A stretch of 55,188 bases of DNA from Reclinomonas americana ATCC 50394 (Eukaryota): NCBI GenBank assembly GCA_048213135.1, contig PS015178.1:1-55188 (forward strand), read 5' to 3'. Both the position numbers and the translations under genes were made by a program. Numbering within the stretch: position 1 is the first letter of the stretch; each line of letters begins with the position of its first letter. Under the pieces are notes generated by a model. That model made no database searches, had not been told where the DNA came from, and saw only the letters and a program-made list of their open reading frames with translations. This document shows, piece after piece, positions 35,905 through 52,321 of this stretch.

Positions 35905-38900
35905 TTATATCGTCAATGGGCCCTCAAGCTCCGGAGGTGCAGCTGGCGCTGTTAACATGGATGGACTGCCTGTAGGAGCGGCAGGCGCGGGACTCGGCGG
36001 GAGCACAGGAGGCTCGGCGGGCGCGGGACTCGGCGGGAGCACAGGAGGCTCGGCGGGCGCGGGACTCGGCGGGAGCACAGGAGGCTCGGCGGGCGGACCT
36101 GCGTCGTCACCAGGCTGTGGGCTGGACGCTGACAATTGACTTCGACGCATAGCTTCGGCGAAGATGTGTTTCGCCATGGACTTGAGGAATATTTTCTTGG
36201 CAAAGCCGTCCACACGGTTGACGTTCCCTGAGCAACAATGAAGGATGAAGTTCCTTGCAAGTGAGGGTGCGCATTCTCGATCAAATTCATGGCGCGACAA
36301 ATACGAACCTCGTGGAACACTCTGCAGAAACATCCGCACATTGGAAATGCCAGGAGCCACCGGAACGGCACACACACACCCGCTGCATTGTGCGCGTACC
36401 ACCGACGGCTCTCTGGGGTAATCAGGGAACACGTGGTCGATAGAGACAATGTAGTACATGGTGCATCCTGCCAAATACACAGATAGTGACGAACATGAGA
36501 TTCAACAGGCAGTCACAACAGCGCGCTGCGGTGCGCCCTCACCGTTGACACGTATGACACAGTCCATCATCAGAAAGTCACGGTCGTTGAGCAACCTGGT
36601 GTGCGGCAATGTTGTCAGCATCAGTACTGAAGGAGAACGAGAGAGAACACAATGTACATCAACATACCGAAAGATTGATTTGTATCGATTGCGGACGATG
36701 CGGCATCCAAATGGCAGCTTGCGGATCACCGTCCACGTATACTCATTGTTCCAATCCTGAAACGAGCAACAATGATGATGAGAGCACTTCAGAAGCACAT
36801 GCGAGACAGTCAATGTGACAACGCAACCCCAGGGTCGCCCGCCATTTCCGCGGTCTTTTCACAGCTCAGTGGCACGCCGGTAATTGAGGTCTTCCACGCA
36901 CTCGAGTTCCAGCCCACCTCGTCAAGTGTGCCAAAGTGTGGCCCACCGTCAAAAGACTCTCCAAGTCTGTCCGGATCCTCTCGATTCCAGAAAGGGAAAA
37001 TAGGCGGCGCAATCTGGAGTTCCTTCTGTTGCGACTTCTTCATCCGGTACGTTCGAATCCTGTATACATGTACAATGAAAGGGGAACGCATGCATCAGCG
37101 TATCTGGCAGCACCTTCTTGTGGGAAATGGAGCACACGCACAAGCGTCCGTCGTCGACGTGTTTTTCGGAGCGCATTTTCCAGTGACGAGAAGGGACACT
37201 CAGCGCAGCATGAACACTTGGCAGCGCGACTTGGTGCATCCACAGCGCCAATCGCAAGTCGACGTTATCCGGCATGGACAACCAGTGAAGCGGCTTACGT
37301 CTTCCCTCGTCGATCACTCGCATTTGGTCCAACGACCTAATCATCGATCGCACCTCAACACTTCGATTCGCAGGATTGGCGCCACAGAGCGCCTCCGCAC
37401 GCAAATATGTCGAAACGGCTTGCTGAGCCTGCACAAGATTCAGAGGCATGCACCGAGTGAGTGTGCTGCGACGACACGCGTGGACAACCAAGGCTTATCG
37501 AAGTCACACACCCAAGCAGAGTGAGCAGGATCTTCGTCTCTGTCGGGTAATATGCCTGTGGCGATGTCGAGACAGTGCTTGCCTTCCTCCAGTGCCTCGG
37601 CATCTGGCACTGGTTTCTGTTGTAGGAGGCATTCGCAAACATTCAAGTGGCCCTGGAAGCCCTTTCCGCGTTCTCGATCATCGATCACTCTCCGATAGTT
37701 GGCCAACGCCTCCTCCCACAGCTGCTTGCGCACGCAATACATCGCGTCGAACTCGAATCCACGCTGTCCGCGATCATTGAACCACGACAAGTCGTTCTCC
37801 TCAAACACTGCGTTCGCGGCCTGAACAATCAACCACAAACGCGCAAGTCGTCAGCTGCCGATCAACATGTGCATCCTAATATTGCTCGACCCCGTACAAA
37901 CCTTCTGCATCCAGGGAGCCAACGACGAGAGGCGAAGGGTGTGTGGGTACGTGTCGAGGTCGCTAAGCTTAAGCCCGAATTCGCTACTGCCAGCGGCTGC
38001 ATGCAGATCCGACTGCGAGTCCGGGTTGGACGGAAGGCTGTGCGTGCGCACCACGTTAGGCACCACCACCACACTGTGAGCTGTGCGTGGCAATTATGCG
38101 CACCGAAAAGAGTCCAAGATACTTGAACGACCACTCTCAAAGTACTCGAGTGCATCCACCAAGCCATTTAAGGTGTCCACTGCGGGCAGCGCGCGAGTGA
38201 GATCCACGTCAAGTGTGGTGCGAGTGGCAACTTGCGCACACTGACCACCACAGACGTCGTTTCGCAGCTCGTCTTCGCCGTATGCGATGATCGGCAGAAC
38301 CTGCGTGACACGGGAAGGTCATTGGTGCACTCTTCAGCAAGAATGCGAGAGACGGAGACAAAATTTACCTGGGAACAGAGGATTCGCAGCTGTCGCAGCT
38401 GTCGCAGACGATCATCATCGTTCACGAGACTCTCACCGGAATACTCGCTCGGAATGCATTGCAGCACATCGAGGCCTGCGAGGACGTAGAGACACATCAG
38501 TGCACACGAGTAAATCTACGGAGCACCAGCACATCTCGCTATGCTCGTCGTGCATACCTCGGCAAAACGCAAGCTGTCGATGCGACAGCATCTCAATGCG
38601 TTCCAGCAGCCGCAGCCGTGCCGCGTCGCGCTTAAAATTACACTTTGCTTCCCGATAGTGGTCACGCCACTCACACGCCACCTCATGCAGTCGCGTCAGC
38701 AGCTGAGTCAACGGCTGAGCAACGTTGAGGCCTGCACAGCGCGCGTTGACATAAGTATATAACTTCGTTTCTCGAACGCGTACGATCGCTGACGAACTTG
38801 TGCCAGGCTGTGCCCTCGCGGCGGGTCGCAGCATGGAATGCGTACTAGATCCAGATTCCATCGACGGTATGCTGGCTTCGCTGCATGCATGCGACAATTA

Positions 38901-39338
38901 CGCAATAAGAGAGAGAGAGAGAGAGAGATCAACAACAATGCACTGACAATGCGTTGTGCACGCACCGACGCATGCCTCGATTGAAAGACGCTGCTGGCAT
39001 TTCCGGATCCTGTACAACTGATAAGCGACAGTGGCACCAGACACAGCAGTGCATGAAATATGCATGCACACCAAGGATCTCGAGCGCGCTCGCAATCGTT
39101 GTTGCAGAGCATGAACTGGTCGCGACTGGTAATCCAACACAGCAGTTGCCAATGGGATCTGAGAAAGAGAGGCCCTTTCTTCAAGTGTGCGGGGAGCTGA
39201 TGCGTCGGCGGCAGCCGACTGACCAAAAAATGACGTTCTCGATCCTATTGTCACAGAATGGAAGTCTCCGTCGTCCTCTGATGCGGGAAGCAGCTCGTCG
39301 TCTCCGACAAGCGCATGGCGAGAGCGCGGCGCATCCAT
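35905..39338 (-). CDS. Helical/TPR-like protein with a C-terminal START-like domain (gene A)
   Basis: TPR-like QLWEEALANYRRVID, START-like LLNDRDFL...SIDHVFPDYPREPSVVRA...SNVRMFLQSVPRG, and a Pro-rich tail. Many introns; model approximate. Confidence 0.6.
35985..36092. repeat. Three perfect 36-bp tandem repeats encoding PAEPPVLPPSPA
   Basis: The unit gcgcgggactcggcgggagcacaggaggctcggcgg occurs three times with no spacers. Confidence 0.95.
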
Positions 39339-39422
39339 GGTGATCGATATTTAATTTGGCGACTCGATGGCGGACAATATATAAAATACAAAGGACGTCG
39401 GAAGTTCGGCCGGCTCCCTCTC

Positions 39423-41786
39423 ATGTGTGACGACGCTGAGGAGCTAGTGCCCTTCTCCGCTGCAGTGCAATGTCTGGCGAACGCAGTGGTCAAGCTCGCC
39501 AATGTGATGCGTTCGAGCTCGAGTGCCAATGATCTTCGCGTGGATTCATCGCTTGTGCGTGTGTTGATGGAGTTGGTCAGTCGTGCGCAGCCGTTCCGAG
39601 AGCGCCTGCTGCGCCTGGAACGCACCCTGGCAAAGACCACAGAGCGAGAAAACCATGCTGCGTTCCGCAGCTTGTGGAATCAACTGCATGCAGTGTGTGC
39701 GCGATTCATGCCTGCATTGCTGTCGATCGTGGACGACTTGGAGTACAATCGTTTCTCTGGTTCGCACACCATGCGCGTGTGCGTATACCTGTCGCTGTGT
39801 ATGTGCTCATGAACAGCAAGCAGATGAGCTGGCGGAAGATCTGGAGGCGGCGCTGAAGGAGCTGTACGACTACGTGGACTTCCTGCACGACGACTTCGTG
39901 TGAGTAGAGTGAGAAGAGGCGTTGTTGTGCATGTTGTGGTTTCCTCACCTTGCCATTGTCTCTTCTCTGTGCAGTCGCATCGAGGAGTTCATCCGCGCAG
40001 TGAATGAGTTGCGCACGAGGTTTGCATCGGTGCCAGCCGGAGAACAAGCAGGCAGTCCACAGACGGAGTCAGAGCTGCTGACGAAAAGCTATGCCAAATT
40101 GTTTGTTCCGACGAGTGCGGAGCAGAAAGTGCAGGGCCAGTCTCGTCTCGGCTTTGTTGAGTGCGGTGCACGTGGCGCTTGGTCAGCTCGCAGTGCGAAT
40201 GCTGACAAGGGTGGCGTCACAGATTTCTTTGGAGAAGTGGGGCCAATGGTTGGACGAAGACCAGACGTGGCATGCCGCCAAGTCTCTGGCAGTGCGAGGG
40301 GATTTGAAAGGTGCAGAACGTCGGCTGCTAGACGTGGTCGACGCCATCGATTGTCGCCTGCTCGTCAGCACTTGTGCAGCCATGTGCTATGCCGATACTG
40401 GTGAAGCCGGCGATCGGCAGGCAAGCGCCAGTGTGTCTGATGATATTGATGCGAGCCCGGCAAGCTTGGAAGCCCTTAACAGCAAGCTGGCGCTCTTGCA
40501 GCGTACGCTGCAGCAGAATGAGGGACCGTCGCATGCACAGGTTTCGTTGCTGACAGTCCTTCTTCTTCCTGGATGCCCGCAGAATTGACACGTGCTCCTG
40601 CAGTGGACCGACATCTACAAGGCCATGAGCGAGCAAGCCAGGAGGCTGGCGGTCCCCGCAGGCAGTCAGGATGCAGAGATATCACACCTGCATGCGCTCA
40701 ATTGCCCCATGACGCTGGTGTGCACTGCGCGCAATCCGCTGGCGTTCTTCATGGGTGCGCACCAAGACTGACGCGCCGCTGCGTGTGTATGCGCAGGTCA
40801 CCAGGGGCTTCAGGCGCTTGCGATCGGTTGCAGAGTCGCATCGTAGCGACTGGAAGGTGTTGAAGTCGGCACGCACTGGCGGTTTGCGGTACGCAGAAAC
40901 GCGTGTTTCGCGGCATACATGTGCTTACCGTTCGTATGCACAGGTACATGATCATGAGGCTCAATGCCAGGAGCAGGGAGGCACTACCACCCGTGCTCGA
41001 GGGGGTCCGTGAAACGCCCGGCAGTGTGAGTTTGCCAGGCTCCACGTCATGACCTTGCACTGTTTTTCATCACCAGACGTGGTGGTGCGTCGCAGGTGTT
41101 CAAGCTTGTTTCCTATGATGTGCCACTCTCGGCCACTGCGCTCATCGAGCGTTTCCAGAACCCGATGGTGAACAATTCGTCGCGCATCACCTGCGTTTTG
41201 CGCCGTGCTCACTGTCAGTGCATGCAGCTGTGGGACCTCGGCGTCACCACTACATACAATGTGTTGCAGGAGGGTCCTTTTGGCACGCGCCTCGTGCACT
41301 GGGTGCAGAAAGAGGGGCCAGGCAACTCGTTTCCACACTCGGAATACCTCCTGTACGACTTTTCACTGCGGGAGGAGCGCGAGAGCGCTGTCAGTTGCGC
41401 TCCACCACCACACGTGTCACGTGCATTTGTGTGTTTGCATGCTGCTTGCGCTCACTGTCATCACGTGCGACAGATCCCATGTCGGTGCACTACTGCGCTG
41501 TTAGTGCACCCGACGATGTCGACAAGATGCCCAAGATCAAGCGGAATCGCAGACGGGCCATGCACATGCTGTTTGTCACCGCGGTTGCCACCTCTCTCTC
41601 GTCGTGCAACCTGCGTGTGGTGGTACAGATTGGCGACAGTGGTGAGTTCTGCAGCTTGTGTGCTGCAACTTATCCCGGACACATCAGCTCATGTGCACCT
41701 CCGCAGGTGTGATCTTGCACTCGCGTGCATGCAAGAAGTTCCTGCGCCGAATTGCCGAGAAGATAAATATTACGAAGAGTAATTGA
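39423..41786 (+). CDS. Helical/TPR-like protein with a C-terminal START-like domain (gene B)
   Basis: Starts MCDDAEELVPF downstream of TATATAAAA (39378). Contains WKVLKS, LWD...YNVLQEGPFGTRLVHW...FPHSEYL and CNLRVVVQ. Spliced. Confidence 0.6.
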
Positions 41787-42332
41787 ATGGTAATTCAATA
41801 ACAATCGTTTGGTCGTTCCCAGGGAGTGCTGTGGGTACCATGTGAACTCGAGGGTTTAGCAAAATAATGATCCTGGGCACAGCAGTAGTTGCTCCTTTTT
41901 CTCGTGTCACATACAGACGATCTTCCGGCAAACTTTGAACAGTGGCCACGCTGCCGTCTTCTGCTTCCACCCGGCACCAATCACCGTTGGACGCCATATG
42001 CGCCAGACTCTGGATCGACAGAGGGCTGCAGCAGAAGCATCGTCAGGTCACTGTCATGAAACCATGCTGGACACAATGCATTACCGAAACGGTAAGCACG
42101 CGGCTGTGGGCCCTCTCTCTCTCCGTCGACACTCATCGGAACATACACTCCGATCGCGCAACAAAAGATAACCATCTCTGCTGCTGCACATCCACCGGCG
42201 GGCCCTCTCATCGCATTGATCGGAACTGCACTCCGATCGCCGCGGGGGAATAAAAAAGCGGACAAGGGTTGTGGTTCATTCATTCTTCCACATCAGCCTC
42301 TGAGCCAAGAACAACAACAGCAACCAAGAACC

Positions 42333-43114
42333 ATGAGCGACGAAGATGTGTCTCACCTGAGCGACTCGCAGTGGCGTGAGCGACTGGAGCCGGGAGTGTT
42401 TGCAGTGGTGAGTTCACCACTCTGCATGCATGTGTGTGTGATCGTTGCGTTTGCTAGCTGACACTCCTGTCACTCAGCTGCGACAAAAGTCGACGGAGCG
42501 ACCAGGCACCAGCAAGTACAACAAGTACCACCCGGCCGATGGTGGTGAGTGTGTGAGACTCCGTGTGAGAATGTGATTGTGCTGATCACTGACTGCCTCT
42601 CTCCCCTTTCCAGTGTTCCGCTGCGTCGGCTGTGACACACCACTGTACCAGGCCAACACCAAGTTTGGTGAGTGCGATGTTGCTTGCGAAGCAGGGGCGC
42701 GGACAATGTGACTGACACTGTGTATGCTTGTTGCTGATCGCAGACAGTGGATGTGGCTGGCCGGCGTTCTACGAGGGCATTCCGGGGGCGATCACCGAGA
42801 CCACCGATGAGGACGGCCACCGCACCGAGATCACCTGCACCAAGTGTGGTGGACATGTTTCGTTTGTATTTATAATCAATCGTCTTGCAGCGATAATGAG
42901 CCAAGAAGTCTCACTTGTTTGTTGATGTTGCGTGCTACTGTATACGTAGCTCGGCCATGTCTTCAAGGGCGAGGGATTCGCCACCCCCACGGACGAGCGG
43001 CACTGCGTGAATGGCATTTGCTTGCGCTTCGAGGCCGGACCCAAGTCGGCCGGCACTGAACCCGCTGGTGCCGGCGCATCAGCTGGCGGCAGCGGTAGTG
43101 GCAGCAGTCGCTAA
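42333..43114 (+). CDS. msrB: Peptide methionine-R-sulfoxide reductase (Cys-type, Zn-binding)
   Basis: LSDSQWRERL, TERPGT, FRCVGCDTPLY, KFDSGCGWPAFY, RTEITCTKCGGH|LGHVF and RHCVNG. Confidence 0.96.
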
Positions 43115-43264
43115 TGGAGGCATGAGGCGGTATGTGTGTAGAAAGGAAGGGTCGGCAAGGGAGCGTAGTCACTGTAAATGAAGCGTTTCATTGACAACTC
43201 TGCTCGTGAGTGAGAGAGAGCGCGCAGTCTGCAGGTGCGTCGACCGTTCATTGCTGAGCTGCAG

Positions 43265-43594
43265 TCACGTGCTGAGGCCGATTCTGCCGGTGGGAGGAAA
43301 CGCCGGAGGATCGATATTCATCAGTGCGACTGTCATGCACACTTGGACTGAGTCCCTGTCAACGACCAGCAGCAACTGTACTCTGCCGCGCGTACCTAGT
43401 ATGTGCTCCTCCGCCACACGGCGCTCACTTCCCTTCTCTGCTCGTTCCACGCGACGCCACAATGAGCGAAGAGTTTCGCGAACCTCTGGCTCATTGCAGT
43501 GGTTTCGCATGAACCGCAGGCCACTCTGGATGTACAAATCGTCGCCTCTCCCGTGCTCCTTCGCCAGCTCTTCGAGGCGAACCACCAGATCCAT
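43265..43594 (-). CDS. Intronless 109-aa orphan ORF
   Basis: ATG-initiated ORF with globular-looking composition, filling the space between two genes. No motif recognised. Confidence 0.3.
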   Translation of the reverse strand: MDLVVRLEELAKEHGRGDDLYIQSGLRFMRNHCNEPEVRETLRSLWRRVERAEKGSERRVAEEHILGTRGRVQLLLVVDRDSVQVCMTVALMNIDPPAFPPTGRIGLST

Positions 43595-43897
43595 GCTTTG
43601 TGAAGAGAACTCGATTATAATAAGTGCGGCCGCGGTCCTGCTGAGTGGTGAAGTTGCAGCAGCTTCATCCTCGCACCTTCCGTCAGGATTACGAACAAGG
43701 GCATGTTCTTATGTGCATTATATGTGCACAGTGGACGTCTGCACGAGTTGCAACCCCCATGGCCACCTTCGAATTCTCGTGCAATTCTCATAGAGTCCTG
43801 TGTCATGCATCACGCTTGACCATTCTGATCCACATTCTTTGACCACGAGTCTTGACCACCGTGTCTCTGTGCTCACCCTACAGACAACACCAGCAAC

Positions 43898-47196
<3,299 letters not shown>

Positions 47197-47262
47197 ACGT
47201 ACACGGGAGTAAAAAAGTTGTCCGCGTCCTCCTCCGTCTGTGTGTGCCGGCACCGCCATTGG

Positions 47263-49959
47263 ATGTTCAGTCGCAGCAGCGCAGGTGGCCTTGCGCCGCG
47301 TGCCGCATCCATGTGGACGCGACTGGCCACCGCCTGGCACGCACGTCCCTTCCACCAACAACACCAACACCAACAACAACAGTTCTTTGCACTTTCGCAT
47401 CGCCAGCACTTTCATCGTCGCTCCCGCCACGACAATGGCAGCCGCAGTGCGAGCAGCGCAGGTGGAGGAGGCAGTGACAACAGTAACAACAACGATGAGG
47501 AAAGTCAGTTGTGGTTGAGTGATAAAAGTGAGAAGCAGTCGCGTTCTCGCACAAAGACGCAGACTGACCAGGGTGAGTGCATCATACGCACGTGTGTATG
47601 TGTGTGTGTCTGGAGTGAGAGAGCGTGTGTGTTGTGCTGACACGTGTATGCGTGCGTTTGAGTAGAGATTGCTGAGGAGGATGCTGTGGATGGGAGTTTG
47701 CTTGTGCATCCTCGTCGTGCGTCTTCGTCTTCGTCGTCGGCGACTCGCCCTGAGTCGAGTGAGGAGAGTGAGGATGATGATGCGGAGGGCGAGGNNNNNN
47801 NNNNNNNNNNNNNNNNNNNNNNNNNNNNNNNNNNNNNNNNNNNNNNNNNNNNNNNNNNNNNNNNNNNNNNNNNNNNNNNNNNNNNNNNNNNNNNNNNNNN
47901 NNNNNNNNNNNNNNNNNNNNNNNNNNNNNNNNNNNNNNNNNNNNNNNNNNNNNNNNNNNNNNNNNNNNNNNNNNNNNNNNNNNNNNNNNNNNNNNNNNNN
48001 NNNNNNNNNNNNNNNNNNNNNNNNNNNNNNNNNNNNNNNNNNNNATGATGATGATGATGATGAGGATGATGAGGATGATGAGGATGATGATGACGATGAG
48101 GACGATGAGGATGATGACACGAATGTGTTTGTGGCGGGCGCGCGTGGCAGCTCGCCGGCCTCCACGTCGAGTGATGCCAGTGCCGGAGGTGAGAGGCACG
48201 GGAGGGGCAGTGTGAGAGCTTGCAGCTCCGGAGGACTCCGATGGAGACAAGAGACAAGAGAGATGATAGAGAGAACGAGAGGCCTTGTGCTGTTGGAGAC
48301 AACTCTGCGTCGTCTGAAATGCATGTCTCGTTGTTGCTGTTGTGCAGCCTTGGTGCATCCGAGTAGTCTGCCGCTGCCGAGCGAGCTGCTGGTGATTCCG
48401 TTGTATCGGCGACCGGTGTTTCCGGGCATTGTGGCGCCGATCTTGCTGCAGGACGATGACTTTGTGCGGCAGTTGACCAGTCTGCGCGATTCCGGTGTCA
48501 AGCATGTGGGTCTTTTCTTGGCCAAGGAGGCGCCGGCGGGGACGCCGGATGCCTCTGGCGCCGCAGCTGGTGCTGCAGCGTCGCCGTCGTCGAGCCCGTC
48601 GGATGCCGCCAAGGCGACCGACAGTACCAAGGCCGGCGACAAGGTGCCTGGCAGTTGTCTCCGTCGTATTGATTGCTTGCTTGCTCATTTCGTCGTGCAG
48701 GACAAGAAACCGGGAAGCAGCAAAGAGGAAGATGTGCAACGGCTGGTCAAGAGCATGGAGCAAGTGCACCACATCGGTGTAATTGCGCGCATTATTCGCA
48801 TCCTGCCGAGCCGATCGGGCGGAGCGCAAGTCATGTTGTCGGGACTGAGTCGTATCGAGGCTGTTGAGGAGGTGAAGAATCGCGATCGACTGACTGTGCG
48901 TGTGCGCCACCTGAAGGTGAGTACGTCCTGCCTGACAGCGTGTGTGTGTGTGTGAGTGCATCTCATTGTTTTGCTCTGCTTGCAGAACAAACCGATTGAC
49001 ACGTCGGACACGGAAGTCAAGGCCTACACTGTGGAGATTGTGAACACGATCAAGGACATTCTCAAGGTGCCTCCTCCAAGCAGAGAAGCGGGAATCTGCA
49101 TGTTCCAGAGCACTAACACGTGCCTCCCCCCGCACAGCTGAACCCCTTCTTCAAGGAGCAGTTGCAGACGTTCCTCGACCAAGTGGACCTGGGCAATCCG
49201 AGCGAGTTGGCCGACCTGGCTGCGGCGCTGACCACAGCCGAGGCTGTCAAGTTGCAGGAAGTGTTGGACGCTGTGGAGTTGCACGACCGTCTGTCCAAGT
49301 CACTGACGCTGATCAAGACCGAGTTGGATCTCAACATGATCCAGCAAAAGATTCAGCGGCAGCTGGAGGACAACATCAGCCAGACGCACCGCCGATACAT
49401 GCTCATGGAGCAGCTGAAGGCCATCAAGAAGGAGCTGGGACTGGAGCGTGAGGACAAGGACACCGTGATCAAGAAGTTCCGCGATCGGCTGGCCGAGCTC
49501 AAGGTGCCGGAGCACGCCAACAAAGTGATTGAGAACGAGATGGTGAGTTGTTGGCACAGCGCAAGGAAATATGTCAGATGCTGATGGTGGTTTCTGTTCT
49601 GCTGTGCCACGTAGAACAAGCTGCAAATGTTGGAGGCGTCGAGCGCCGAGTTCAACATGACGCACAACTACCTCGACTGGCTCACTTCGTTGCCGTGGGG
49701 CATCTACTCCACCGAGAATCTCGACATCAAGCACGCCAAGGGTGAGCGGTGAAGAGGGGAAGGGGGATCAAAGAGAGGGAGAGCGCAGGCAGTAAGCACG
49801 AGCATCATTCTGATCTTCGTTGCTCCATCGTGCTCTGTTTCTCTCGCTCCGCGTCTCTTTACCAGTCTCTCTGTCTCTACCTGAGCCTCTTTGGTAGTCT
49901 CTCTGTCTCTTTGTCTTTCTGTCTTTCGTTCTTTCTGTCTTGTCTGTCGGTGTGTGTGG

Positions 49960-49996
<37 letters not shown>

Positions 49997-52273
49997 CTCT
50001 TCTGTCTTGCTCTGTTCTCCTCTTTTCCTCTGTCCTCTTGCTCCGTTCTTCCTCTTGTCCCCCCTTCTCTCTTTCTCTCTGCTTTGTTGTGTGCTCCTCG
50101 GTTCTTCCCTCCCATGGCCCCCTCGTCTCCTTCTCTCTGCTCAGTTCTGCTCTGTTCTGCCGCTTCACTTCTTTCTCACTCTCTCTTTTCTTCTTATCCT
50201 TTGCTCCATTGTCCTCTTTCCGTCCCCCCCCCCTTCCCTCTCCCTTTCTCTTCCCCTTATCGTGCTCACCTTTCTTGCACAACGCAGCGGTGCTCGAGGA
50301 GGACCACTTTGGCCTGGACGATGTGAAGCAGCGAATCCTGGAGTTTATTGCTGTCGGTGGCCTGCGCGGCACTGTGCAAGGTAAAATCCTGTGCATGGTC
50401 GGACCGCCTGGTGTCGGCAAGACCTCCATTGGCAAGTCGATTGCGCGCTCGTTGGACCGCTCCTTCTACCGCTTCTCGGTTGGCGGCCTCAGTGATGTGG
50501 CTGGTGAGAGCGGAAATAATCGTTCATCTGCACATACAATGATTCTCATTTCTCCTTTGACAGAAATCAAGGGCCACCGACGAACGTACATTGGCGCCAT
50601 GCCCGGCAAGCTGCTGCAGTGCTTGAAGACCACGCAGAAGGCCAACCCGGTCATCATGATTGACGGTCGGTGGAGTATGCGCGCTCACTCTGGACATTCA
50701 GAAGTGACGCTCATGTCCTCCCTGCGCACAGAAATCGACAAGCTTGGTCGTGGATACCAGGGTGACCCGGCGTCGGCACTCCTCGAGGTGCTCGACCCGG
50801 AGCAAAACCACGCATTCCTGGACCACTTCCTTGACGTGCCGTTCGATCTGTCCAAGGTGCTGTTCGTGTGCACCGCCAACTCGCTCGACACCATCTCCAA
50901 GCCGCTGCTCGATCGCATGGAAATCATCCGGCTGAGCGGCTACGTGTTGGAGGAGAAGGTGGCGATCGCCAACCGGTACCTCATCCCGCACGCAGCCACA
51001 GACTCGGGCATCACCATGGTTTGTGTTGAAAAGGGGGCACAGAGGGAAAAGACAATGTGAGTTGCTGAACATGGATTGGTGGCCACAGGAGCAAGTGAAA
51101 ATCACCGACGGAGCCATTGAGGAGCTGTGCAAGTCGTACTGCCGCGAGGCTGGCGTGCGCAATCTGCAAAAGCACATTGAGAAGGTGTTCCGCAAGGCCG
51201 CCTACAAGGTGAGCGTTGGTGTGTGGATAATTTGGAGGAAGTGCACCGCTGAATCCGAGGTGAATGCACCACCAGCTGGCCGCCAAGGAGGTCGAGAATG
51301 TCACGGTGACGCCGGAGAACCTCTCGGACTATGTCGGCAAGCCGGTGTTTACGTCGGATCGCTACTATGCGCGCACTCCTGTTGGCGTCGTTGCGTGCGC
51401 GCTTTCTTCCTGCACGTAAGCATTCGACCTGTCCCTCACCCGTTTCCACACACAGACCATGGGCCTGGCCTGGACGGCGATGGGTGGCAGCACGCTGTAC
51501 ATTGAGACAGTGCTCGAGAAGGCGTACTCGTCGTACAAGAAGCTGACCAAGGCCGCCGAAGCCAAGGATGCCAGCGCCAAGGACGAGGAGCGATCGCTGT
51601 CCGGTGGTCGCCTGAAGGTCACCGGCCAGCTGGCGTCGGTGATGCAGGAGAGCACAGATGTGGCGTACACATACGCCCGCCACTTCTTCTATGAGACGGT
51701 GCTGCCGAATCTGCCGGCGGACAGCGGGGTCGACACGTCGTTCTTTGACCATGTGCGTGTGGGAGAGAAAGGGAGGGAGGGGAAAGCTTGATCCTTCTCA
51801 TCCTTTTCTGTTTGGCAGGCGCGCATCCACCTGCACGTGCCGGAGGGCGCGACACCGAAGGATGGTCCGTCGGCCGGTTGCACGGTGGCCACCTCGATTC
51901 TCTCGCTGGCACTCAACGTGCCGGTGCGCCACAACTTAGCCATGACGGGCGAGATCACGCTGACAGGTATTTGAGTTTGTGCTTGTCTGTGTTCTTCCTC
52001 CTGACTGTCTGACTGACTGACCGCTCACTCGCCACAGGCAAAATCCTCCCGATCGGTGGCGTCAAGGAGAAGACAATCGCAGCAAAGCGCAGCGGCATCA
52101 CGCGTGTGATTCTGCCGGCCGGCAACCGCAGCGACTGGGACGAGATGCCGGAGCACATCAAGAAGGGCATCAAGGTGCACTTTGTCAAGACCTTTGAAGA
52201 CGTCTTCAAGATTGCCTTCCCCACCGTGGCCAGACACGCGCGCAAGACGCACAAGCCCGCCAAGAAGAACTAG
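47263..52273 (+). CDS. LONP1: Mitochondrial Lon protease
   Basis: Arg/Ser-rich presequence, [18 protein letters not shown], Walker [15 protein letters not shown], catalytic PKDGPSAG (Ser) and GGVKEK (Lys); about 14 introns. Confidence 0.96.
49742..50288 (+). repeat. CT-rich low-complexity expanded intron in the Lon gene
   Basis: About 550-nt GTGAGC...GCAG intron made mostly of pyrimidines. Splicing restores HAKAVLEEDH. Confidence 0.8.
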
Positions 52274-52321
52274 AAGAGAACGAAATCGCAAACACAATAC
52301 ACTTGACCTTGCTCTCGTTTG

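Noticed and set aside
35985-36092. 36-bp repeat as a CRISPR array
   Set aside because: No spacers, in-frame coding, eukaryotic context, no cas genes.
39258-39317. In-frame TGA-TGC (MEVSVVL-U-C...) as a selenoprotein start
   Set aside because: It overlaps the first exon of the opposite-strand gene, lies upstream of the TATA-like box, and no SECIS was identified.
41770-42290. Short minus-strand ORFs between START gene B and msrB
   Set aside because: No consistent exon chain or recognisable motif; cannot support a gene or a mobile element.
42333-43114. MsrB as a selenoprotein linked to the tRNA-Sec
   Set aside because: The catalytic codon in RHCVN is TGC (Cys) and there is no in-frame TGA.
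49749-50384. Long Leu/Ser/Phe ORFs and antisense Arg/Glu ORFs
   Set aside because: They are by-products of a CT-rich intron within Lon.
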